64,000 nt of DNA from Acidimicrobiales bacterium (GTDB lineage Bacteria; Actinomycetota; Acidimicrobiia; Acidimicrobiales; Bog-793). Each line of letters starts with the position of its first letter. Position 1 is the first letter of the stretch. The translations under genes were made by a program, and so were the position numbers. The DNA is taken from assembly GCA_050014835.1 (NCBI GenBank), contig JBEKCO010000002.1, forward strand, positions 3,133-67,132, in the 5' to 3' direction. Shown piece after piece: positions 53,562 through 59,994 of the stretch. The notes beneath the pieces are model-generated. The model was not told where the DNA came from and made no database searches. It worked only from the letters and a program-made list of their open reading frames with translations.

Positions 53562-53662
53562 AAGCATCAGCCGAATGCGCGTAAAGCATCAGCCCTATCG
53601 CGTAACGGATCACCCGTTACAGCGTCACAGATCAGGCGTTATCGATCCGTCGCAGATCAGCC
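53562..53662 (+). repeat. array of short direct repeats (ATCAGCC-type) plus a 7-bp-stem hairpin
   Basis: AAGCATCAGCC occurs at 53562..53572 and 53584..53594, 22 bp apart. CACAGATCAGGC spans 53626..53637 and CGCAGATCAGCC spans 53651..53662. The hairpin is GTAACGG-atcac-CCGTTAC at 53602..53620. Confidence 0.7.
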
Positions 53663-53681
53663 ATGGTTTTACATGAATGAG

Positions 53682-53755
53682 TGCGCCCCGAGGGACTCGA
53701 ACCCTCAACCTGCGGATTAAGAGTCGCGTACGGGCCGTGTGGCGCCGTGAGGCGC
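53682..53755 (-). tRNA. tRNA-Lys(CUU)-like sequence, probably a pseudo-tRNA or att junction
   Basis: On the minus strand there is a 7-bp acceptor stem (GCGCCUC/GGGGCGC, one G-U) and a canonical T arm (GAGGG-UUCGAGU-CCCUC). The anticodon loop CUCUUAA and discriminator A are canonical. The anticodon stem is broken by an extra C (ACGCGA versus UCCGC). The D-arm region lacks U8, the GG loop and a 4-bp stem. Confidence 0.5.
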
Positions 53756-53842
53756 TGCGCGGTTTTCGTAGGTCTAGCTGGGCTTTCGGCGGGCGCTCGT
53801 GTGGTCCCGTAGGGTGCTGATAAGTGCAGATTTGCGGAGATC

Positions 53843-53863
53843 CGCTGACATTCCGCTGACACG
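53843..53863 (+). repeat. 21-bp direct repeat copy 1 (CGCTGACATTCCGCTGACACG)
   Basis: It is identical to 60621..60641. Internally it is CGCTGACA-TTC-CGCTGACA. It lies 88 bp from the tRNA-like junction and 56 bp upstream of the ATG at 53919. Confidence 0.9.
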
Positions 53864-53918
53864 AGACGCCAAGGGATCGGCGACGATCGCCGAGCGGTCC
53901 GGCTACAAGGGAGGGGCG

Positions 53919-54143
53919 ATGCCCGAGCGTGGATGGGATGACGTTCGCAAGCTCATCACCGCCAGGATTGCGGACGGGTCGTTTACCTCAGATGCGGCCG
54001 TCGATTTGATGCTTCGCGTGGTGGAGGATCCGCGCGTGAACCTCACCGACGAGCAAAGGCGAACGGCATACCGGCTGATCGCCGACAAGATTCCCGACAT
54101 CACGGCGATACTCGGCGAGATGGGTTTCGACGACCAGCCCTGA
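53919..54143 (+). CDS. hypothetical protein (only plus-strand gene inside the element)
   Basis: ATG 53919 follows GGGAGGGG. 74 aa (MPERGWDDVRKLITARIADG…). Confidence 0.55.
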   Translation: MPERGWDDVRKLITARIADGSFTSDAAVDLMLRVVEDPRVNLTDEQRRTAYRLIADKIPDITAILGEMGFDDQP

Positions 54144-54208
54144 TTCGCACCTGCCCCTACGTTGCCCCAGGACGGCCGCAAACGACCGCCGAGGCATGGG
54201 AGTGCGGC

Positions 54209-54382
54209 CTACTTGCTCAGTCCGAACACCTTTAGCAGCCTGCGGGTGGTCCCCATTGACCGCGAGTAGGTCTTGCGCCTCACAACGCGGCGGGCGTAGG
54301 CGCCGGGGCCTCGCGTGGCGGCGCGAACGTTGTTCGAGAACCGTGCCGCCCGGTAGAGCTGACTGGTGAACGATCTCGCCAT
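54209..54382 (-). CDS. small basic hypothetical protein (57 aa, below the track's length cut-off)
   Basis: My own translation gives MARSFTSQLYRAARFSNNVRAATRGPGAYARRVVRRKTYSRSMGTTRRLLKVFGLSK*. ATG 54382 follows the purine-rich GGGGAAGGGGA. Confidence 0.5.
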   Translation of the reverse strand: MARSFTSQLYRAARFSNNVRAATRGPGAYARRVVRRKTYSRSMGTTRRLLKVFGLSK

Positions 54383-54422
54383 CGTGTCCCCTTCCCCTGC
54401 GAGCGTACCCCCGGCGAAATGC

Positions 54423-54641
54423 CTAGACGTCTAGGCAATTCGAGACGGTCGCCCCTTCGTCGGTCGCCTTGTCGCCAAAGTGCTTACGCGCGATGAGGTA
54501 GGACGGAAAGAACACGACCCACAGAAGCACGGCGCCGAGAGCCCAGCCGAGCGTGCTTCCCCACGAGCGCCCCTTGTCGCGGGCGTCGGCCACCATCCAA
54601 ACGATGGTGACGAGCATCACGAGCAGTAGCAGTTGTTCCAT
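54423..54641 (-). CDS. small two-TM membrane protein
   Basis: ATG 54641 follows GAAAGGAAAGG. The sequence begins MEQLLLLVMLVTIVWMVADARDKGRSWGSTLGWALGAVLLWVVFFPSYLIA…. Confidence 0.65.
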   Translation of the reverse strand: MEQLLLLVMLVTIVWMVADARDKGRSWGSTLGWALGAVLLWVVFFPSYLIARKHFGDKATDEGATVSNCLDV

Positions 54642-54657
54642 GTTGCCTTTCCTTTCG

Positions 54658-54888
54658 TCATGCGGACCGGGCGAGGGCGAGGGCGCGCCGTTCCCGGCGC
54701 CGTTCCCGTTCACTCAGTCCGCCCCAAATACCGAACCGCTCGCGGGCGGCCACGGCGTACTCCAAGCACTCCCCGCGCACGACGCAGCCGCGACAAACCT
54801 CCTTGGCGTCACGGGTCGACGAGCCCCGGACGGGAAAGAACAGCTCCGGGTCGAGCCCGACGCAGTTCGCCCGCTGGCGCCAGGCCAT
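54658..54888 (-). CDS. WhiB-family transcriptional regulator
   Basis: It starts at ATG 54888. MAWRQRANCVGLDPELFFP…AKEVCRGCVVRGECLEYAV…GIWGGLSERERR carries the four Cys and the GIWGG turn typical of WhiB/Wbl proteins. Confidence 0.88.
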   Translation of the reverse strand: MAWRQRANCVGLDPELFFPVRGSSTRDAKEVCRGCVVRGECLEYAVAARERFGIWGGLSERERRRERRALALARSA

Positions 54889-55024
54889 GCGAGCGCCCCA
54901 CTCGTCGGGGTCGAGTCCGGGCCGGGTCACGGTGCCACCGCGTAGGCATCGCCCCCCCAGGGCGCCCCTGTGAGGGCAGGGGCGACCGCGACGGCCAGGG
55001 CGAGGGCAACCGCCCGCAGACGGG

Positions 55025-55267
55025 TCACGACGAGCCTGCGGACTGCTCAGCGGCGAACATGCCGACACGGGCGAGCGTCGTCGCGAAGTCCTCGCCGATG
55101 CTGTCGGCGTACAGACGCAGCGCGCCCACGAGCATGTCGGCGAGCGGGCGGGCGACGGGCGCGCCGACGTCCGCGAGGATCGTCTCGAACGATTCCAGGT
55201 CCTCGCCATCGGCCGCGGTCACGAGCGCCACGGCATCCCGGTAGAGGCGAGGCGAAAAGGCGCGCAT
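55025..55267 (-). CDS. hypothetical protein
   Basis: ATG 55267 (MRAFSPRLYRDAVALVTAADGEDLE…). 80 aa. It starts 6 nt after the upstream stop. Confidence 0.55.
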   Translation of the reverse strand: MRAFSPRLYRDAVALVTAADGEDLESFETILADVGAPVARPLADMLVGALRLYADSIGEDFATTLARVGMFAAEQSAGSS

Positions 55268-55272
55268 GGCGG

Positions 55273-55737
55273 CTACTCGTCGTTGTACGCGACGAGCACC
55301 CAGGTCACCCCGCCGTCGCTGACCGTGGGCTGCGCGTAGTTGTTCGGCGGTTCGTTCGGCGGCCAGTTCGGCGAGACGGTCCAGCTCGGAGCCGATCCGC
55401 CCGACGTGCCACCGACGACGCACTGCCAGAGCCCGAGGGCCGACTCCTCGACGACTTGGTCGGGCCACGGGTAAGGGGCCGTCGCCGCGTTGCCGAGTGC
55501 GCCCGCTTGGTAGACGTGGTTCGCCTGCCAGGCGGCGCGGGCGTTCTGCACGCAGGTCCAGGCGCACGTGCCATCGGTAACGCTGGCGTTGAACGTGGCC
55601 GGCCATGAGGGAGCCGAACCGCTAGAGATCCCCGAGCGGCTGCAAAGGTAAATGAGCGACCCGGCCGTGACCTCGTGGACGCCGGCGAGATAGGCGGTAT
55701 TAGCCGCCCAGGCGGGCGGGTTAGGGAACAGTGCCAC
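55273..55737 (-). CDS. two-repeat carbohydrate-binding-like protein (CBM5/12-like, tail-fibre-tip-like repeats)
   Basis: There are two units of W.AN..Y.AG…C…G.SGGSAPSW…V(T/S)DG…W: WAANTAYLAG…SSGSAPSWPATFNASVTDGTCAWTC and WQANHVYQAG…TSGGSAPSWTVSP…TVSDGGVTWVLV. Confidence 0.6.
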   Translation of the reverse strand: MALFPNPPAWAANTAYLAGVHEVTAGSLIYLCSRSGISSGSAPSWPATFNASVTDGTCAWTCVQNARAAWQANHVYQAGALGNAATAPYPWPDQVVEESALGLWQCVVGGTSGGSAPSWTVSPNWPPNEPPNNYAQPTVSDGGVTWVLVAYNDE

Positions 55738-55854
55738 GGTTCACCTTACTTTCGTCGGGGACTGAGACCCGGCCCGACCGGACGCGCCGCGGCGGTAGGC
55801 AGCGCCCAGCCGGACCAGGCGCGGGGTGAGGGGCGTTCAGGCACCCGCGCCGTA

Positions 55855-55890
55855 CCCGGCCCGCGGGAGGTGGCGGCCCCGCGGGCCGGG
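55855..55890 (-). terminator. 13-bp perfect GC stem hairpin in a 288-bp non-coding gap (possible factor-independent terminator or structured RNA)
   Basis: 55855..55867 (CCCGGCCCGCGGG) pairs perfectly with 55878..55890 (CCCGCGGGCCGGG), enclosing a 10-nt loop. There is no U tract. It lies 136 nt downstream of the stop at 56026. Confidence 0.4.
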
Positions 55891-56025
55891 AGAATCGGGA
55901 GACGGCCGAACCGCGCGCGCCGAGACCGCCAGACCACAGCGCGCGCAGCTCAGACCGGGCGCGGGAGAAAGGAAGCCCGCGCACGACCCCGGAATTGCGA
56001 GATGGACGGCCCGCGGTCCGGGGGA

Positions 56026-56238
56026 TCATTGGGAGAGCCTTTCGGGGTGAGGCGCCCCGCAGAAACGACAGCGTCGGGTCGCCGGGTCGTAGAGATGACG
56101 ACAGCGCGCCCGGCGGAAGGCGTCACGGGCCGCTAGGCGAGCGTGCCAGCGGGCGAGGCGGGCCTGCGCGTCGAGAATTGCCCGCTGAGACTCATCGGCG
56201 GTCAGGATGACCGGGTGGCCCGGCGGGGCGTGTCTCAT
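56026..56238 (-). CDS. Cys/His-module protein, paralogue of the TerL-nuclease C-terminal extension
   Basis: …SQRAILDAQARLARWH…RARCRHLYDPATRRCRFCGAPHPER aligns with the C-terminus of the upstream ORF (…SQRAIAEAQRALERH…RPRCEHLYSPETRRCYRCGEPAPER). ATGA overlap at 56235..56238. Confidence 0.6.
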   Translation of the reverse strand: MRHAPPGHPVILTADESQRAILDAQARLARWHARLAARDAFRRARCRHLYDPATRRCRFCGAPHPERLSQ

Positions 56239-57002
56239 GCGACACGCTCCGGGGCGGGCTCGCCGCAGCGGTAGCAGCGCCGGGTTTCCGGCGAGTAGAG
56301 ATGCTCGCAGCGCGGGCGGCGCTTGGCGAGGCGTCCCGTGTGGCGCTCGAGGGCGCGCTGCGCCTCGGCGATCGCACGCTGGGAGGGCGTCGTCAGCTGC
56401 TCCTCGCCGACGATGGGCTCGAGGTCGCGCCGCCAGTATTCGCGCCAGACCCAGCCCTGGTCCTTTTCCGCGTTCCAGATCGCCAGGGATAGGGCGAGGA
56501 CGAGATCGTCATGAAAACCGGACGCGGCCTCGTAGGTGTCGCGACCGCGCTGGGAGAGCTCGAACTGAAAGGCGACGAGCTCGGCCCGGAGGTCCGAGGT
56601 GCCTTGGAGACCGTCGACGATGACGAGGCGGTGCGTCTGCAGCACGACCTCGAGCGCGCCGATCAGATCCCGCTTCGGCACGACGACCTCATACGGGTTC
56701 GGCTGCGTGACGGCGTTAGCGCCGGAGATGGTGACGGCCTTCACCCCGCCGTGGAGGCGCCGCCGGAGCAGGTCGACGACCGGACGGCCGACGCCGGTGT
56801 AGTCGACGACCGTGATCGTCGGGCCATCGGCCCGGGCACGCTCGTTCACGACGACCAGGCGCTCGAGCTGCTCCGGGTAGGACATGCCAACCGGCAGCGA
56901 CTCGATCCACCGGACGGCGTGGACGCGGGCCCGGTCGGTCTCGATCACGACCACCGCGGTCGGGTCGACCGATTGCCCGAGGTCGACTCCCATCGTCAGC
57001 AT
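56235..57002 (-). CDS. terminase large subunit, nuclease domain (separate ORF) with C-terminal Cys/His module
   Basis: ATG 57002. MLTMGVDLGQSVDPTAVVVIE… and …FHDDLVLALSLAIW are RNase-H-like terminase nuclease Asp motifs. It is in a different frame from the ATPase ORF. Confidence 0.75.
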   Translation of the reverse strand: MLTMGVDLGQSVDPTAVVVIETDRARVHAVRWIESLPVGMSYPEQLERLVVVNERARADGPTITVVDYTGVGRPVVDLLRRRLHGGVKAVTISGANAVTQPNPYEVVVPKRDLIGALEVVLQTHRLVIVDGLQGTSDLRAELVAFQFELSQRGRDTYEAASGFHDDLVLALSLAIWNAEKDQGWVWREYWRRDLEPIVGEEQLTTPSQRAIAEAQRALERHTGRLAKRRPRCEHLYSPETRRCYRCGEPAPERVA

Positions 57003-57823
57003 GACGCGGCCTTCGCTTCGATCACTTCGGGGCGATGGTGCGTGAGGGCGGTCCGGCCGTCGCGCCCGAACAGGGGCGCCACCGTGACAGCCCCGTCCCG
57101 CCCGGCACGGATCGCGATGTCGATGTCGTCGGTCCGGAACATCTGGCCCGAGGCGTCGATGAACTCGGCGAGGATCTCTTGGCGGTAGAGCCACTCGCCG
57201 CGGGAGTCTCGGAACCCCTCGAGGTCGTCAGGCTTCCAGCGCGGGCACTCGTCGGCCCGCACGACGAAGGTGCGCCAGCGCGGATCCTGGGTGGCGTAGA
57301 AGAAGAACCCCCGCTTGCCCCAGGGCGTCGACATGAGGATGATCCGCCCGCCGGAGATCGCCACCATCGGCTCGAGCGCGGCCATCATGGCGTCGTCGAC
57401 GCGCGCGGCCTCGTCGATCAGCACGAGCGCGGCGCCGGCGAACCCCCGGACCGTCCGCTCCTCGCCAGGGAGCGAGACGATTCGCGAGCCGTTCTCGAGG
57501 GTGAGACTGAGGGCGTTCTCGGTCTCGCTCGCGACCGGACGGCCGAGCGTGCGGTACAGCGTCATGGCCCGCCGGAACAGCTCGCCCGCCTGGCGCAACG
57601 TCGGGGCGGCCATGAGGACCAGACAGCCCGGGTCGTAGACGGCGTGGTGCACCGCGAGCAGCGAGGCGCACGTCGACTTCCCGACCTGCCGGCCGATGGC
57701 GAGCGCGATCCGCCGTTCAGGGGCGCGCAACACCTCGAGCTGCCAGGGGTCAGGGACCATCCCGACCCGCCGGCAGAGCTCGGCCGGGTCCAGCGCCGCG
57801 GCGAGGTCGTCGGCGAGGGTCAC
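56996..57823 (-). CDS. terminase large subunit, ATPase domain (separate ORF)
   Basis: Walker A IGRQVGKST, Walker B ALVLIDEAARV and coupling motif MSTPWG. The stop TGA is at 56998..56996. Confidence 0.8.
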   Translation of the reverse strand: MTLADDLAAALDPAELCRRVGMVPDPWQLEVLRAPERRIALAIGRQVGKSTCASLLAVHHAVYDPGCLVLMAAPTLRQAGELFRRAMTLYRTLGRPVASETENALSLTLENGSRIVSLPGEERTVRGFAGAALVLIDEAARVDDAMMAALEPMVAISGGRIILMSTPWGKRGFFFYATQDPRWRTFVVRADECPRWKPDDLEGFRDSRGEWLYRQEILAEFIDASGQMFRTDDIDIAIRAGRDGAVTVAPLFGRDGRTALTHHRPEVIEAKAASC

Positions 57824-58011
57824 GGCCCCACCGTGAGACGCGCCGTAGGACGCCTGCGACGGCTCGTCGCCTTCGGCTCGCGGAGGGACTTCGCGGCGAG
57901 CTCCCGGAACCCGTTGGCGGCCGTCTTGACGAGGTGGACCGTCACCGGCCCGAGGTCGGTGATTTCGGTGATCCCCGCCGTACCGCGCAGCAAGCGCGCC
58001 CGGGAGGTCAT
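57820..58011 (-). CDS. small hypothetical protein
   Basis: ATG 58011 and the stop 57820 both form ATGA overlaps with the neighbouring genes. 63 aa. Confidence 0.45.
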   Translation of the reverse strand: MTSRARLLRGTAGITEITDLGPVTVHLVKTAANGFRELAAKSLREPKATSRRRRPTARLTVGP

Positions 58012-58826
58012 AGGGACTTCACGGCCGTCACGGTCACGCGTGACGGGTCCACGCCGAGTGCTTTCGCCGCGGCACGGCGGAAGGCAGCGGCCTCGGATGG
58101 ACTCAGCTTCGCCACGCGCGTGCTGTCGGTCGCCAGCGTCAGCGACTTGGAGCTGCCCTTCGCCATGACCTTCGCGTCCGGCCCGGCCGACTTGACGAGA
58201 CGCTTCGCGAGCCGTTTGATCTCCTGGGCCTTCTGGACAGCCTGGGCGATCTCGTCGTCGTCGTCGGGGTCCGGTGCCAGGATGAGCCCCAGCCCCTCGC
58301 AGCTCCCGCACGGGATGGCAGTGCCGGGCAGGTAGCCCAGGCCCGTACAGGCCGGGCAGGTGTCCACGTCGTCATCGTCGCTCCCGGAGTCCACTGACGA
58401 CCCTCGACGGCCGGGCGTCCTGGCACCTGCTATGTCGGCGAGCGCCTTGGATGCCGAGGCGGGCAGGCGGCGAGTCAGCTCAGCACGGGTGGCCGCGCGG
58501 ACCCGTTCGATGTTGGCGATGGTGTTGGCGAGCACCGGGTCATGGGCGGCACGTTCCCGGACCGCTTTCGAGGCGACCGGCGAGAACGCTTGCCGGACAC
58601 GAGCCGCGAGGCGTAGGTCACTGAGCTTGTCGGCGTCGGTCGTGCCCGCGTTGGTCCGGGCCGCGTAGTCGGCCTTGGCCGCTTTCGCGATCCGGGCGCC
58701 GGGGTCGACCCTGCGACTCGCCCGTTTCAGCGCGGCCCGTTCCGGGCTGCCCTTCGGCGGGAGCTGCCCGCTGGCCTTAGCCTGCGCGTACTCCTTCGCT
58801 AGTGCTACGTCGATGATGGGGTCCAT
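58008..58826 (-). CDS. hypothetical protein with DnaJ-type CxxCxGxG zinc-finger pair flanked by poly-Asp tracts
   Basis: DDDDVDTCPACTGLGYLPGTAIPCGSCEGLGLILAPDPDDDDE. 272 aa. Confidence 0.65.
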   Translation of the reverse strand: MDPIIDVALAKEYAQAKASGQLPPKGSPERAALKRASRRVDPGARIAKAAKADYAARTNAGTTDADKLSDLRLAARVRQAFSPVASKAVRERAAHDPVLANTIANIERVRAATRAELTRRLPASASKALADIAGARTPGRRGSSVDSGSDDDDVDTCPACTGLGYLPGTAIPCGSCEGLGLILAPDPDDDDEIAQAVQKAQEIKRLAKRLVKSAGPDAKVMAKGSSKSLTLATDSTRVAKLSPSEAAAFRRAAAKALGVDPSRVTVTAVKSL

Positions 58827-58837
58827 TGCTTCACCTC

Positions 58838-59386
58838 CTAGTTGGTTGCTACAGAGACGAGCGACCGGAGCGCGTCGGCGGCGTCGCAGGCGTTCGAGAG
58901 CGCGACGAGCAGGTCGTCGAGTCCCGCGTGGTCGAGACTCGACGGGTCGCCGTGCCAGGCGTCGACGCGCACGCGCAGGTCGGCCAGGCGGTGACGGAGA
59001 CGGCCTTGCCCTTCGATGACCGGGCGGGACGTCGGCCGGAGCCGTTCCGGGGCGTCCCTGGGATCGTCGGACGGCGGCCCGTACTCGGTCCGGTCTGTGA
59101 CGTACCGCTGCCCGGCGGCGAGCGCCTGCCGCACGACCCGCAGCCCTTCGGCGTCGAGCTTCGGGGCGCCGGAGCGTTTGACGAGCAGGTGAGCCGCGGC
59201 GAGTCGCTGGGCGGCCCGCTCGCGGGCGTAGGGGTCACTGTCGGCCCGGTCGAGGTCATCGGTCGCCGCGACGACGCGGGCAACGTCGGCCCGGGCGGTC
59301 TGTTCGGCCGCGGCGAGTCGGTCGAGCGCGGCGGTCAGCGCCTCGCTGGCGATTGCCTCGTGCAGCTGTGTGTCGGTCATGGTCAT
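58838..59386 (-). CDS. hypothetical protein
   Basis: 182 aa, Ala/Arg-rich and predicted helical. No motif recognised. Confidence 0.55.
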   Translation of the reverse strand: MTMTDTQLHEAIASEALTAALDRLAAAEQTARADVARVVAATDDLDRADSDPYARERAAQRLAAAHLLVKRSGAPKLDAEGLRVVRQALAAGQRYVTDRTEYGPPSDDPRDAPERLRPTSRPVIEGQGRLRHRLADLRVRVDAWHGDPSSLDHAGLDDLLVALSNACDAADALRSLVSVATN

Positions 59387-59400
59387 GGTCGAGCCCCTTT

Positions 59401-59991
59401 CTAGGAATCGCTAGATGCGAGCAGTAGCCCGGCTTCACGCATGGCCCGGTGCTGGCGCTCGAACGCGAGGCCCCGGACCGACTCCATCTCCCGGACGATC
59501 CCGACGAGAAGGCTCAAGGCGCCGCGCCGGTCACCTTCGTCAGCGAGCCGGTCGGCGATGACAAGGCCTCGTTCGGCCGCTTCGGTGACTTCTCTCGCCA
59601 GCGCTTCCCATCGGGCGTCATTCTCTGGCCAGATGGGAAACAGACCAGGTGTCCCATTTGGGACAGGCGACAGCTCGCGGGCGACGGTGCTCTTGCTCGA
59701 ACCCGTCGCGGCGGCGATGGCGCGGACGCTGAGCCCGGCCTCGTGTAGCGATGCGACGACTTCGGACCGCTCCTCGCGTGGCAACCGGAGGCGTGAGGTG
59801 CCGAACTCCAACTCGCAGTAGTCGTCCCAGGACGAATAGCCGAGAGCCACCCAGGCGCGGCCGACGTAGGCCTCCTGGACTAGATCCCAGGTGAAGGTAA
59901 CGAACCCTTTGATGTCGTCGGTGAGACGGCGCGCCTCGGCTGCGTCCAGGGTCGTCACGGTCAGCTCGTCCGTGGTCGTGGTCATGGTCAT
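59401..59991 (-). CDS. HTH DNA-binding protein (ParB/KorB-like C-terminal HTH type common in actinophages)
   Basis: …WVALGYSSWDDYCELEFGTSRLRLPREERSEVVASLHEAGLSVRAIAAATGSSKSTVAREL…. Confidence 0.65.
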   Translation of the reverse strand: MTMTTTTDELTVTTLDAAEARRLTDDIKGFVTFTWDLVQEAYVGRAWVALGYSSWDDYCELEFGTSRLRLPREERSEVVASLHEAGLSVRAIAAATGSSKSTVARELSPVPNGTPGLFPIWPENDARWEALAREVTEAAERGLVIADRLADEGDRRGALSLLVGIVREMESVRGLAFERQHRAMREAGLLLASSDS

Positions 59992-59994
59992 CTG

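Larger units (their letters stand above)
50520..53681. other. lower-GC accessory islet (three modification enzymes plus repeat array)
   Basis: Composition drops by eye. For example, the 60-nt line starting at 50521 is 30/60 G+C and the line at 52981 is 34/60, against about 50/60 at 46321. Genes are spaced 125-200 bp apart rather than overlapping. Confidence 0.6.

Noticed and set aside
53632-53862. A 76-aa minus-strand ORF spanning the tRNA-like sequence.
   Set aside because: It overlaps the tRNA-derived junction and repeat copy 1, and has no RBS and no coding-like composition.
55721-56029. ORFs of 102 and 63 aa inside the 288-bp gap after the Cys/His-module gene.
   Set aside because: Their Pro/Arg/Gly-rich translations are typical of non-coding GC-rich DNA. 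The perfect hairpin would lie within them.
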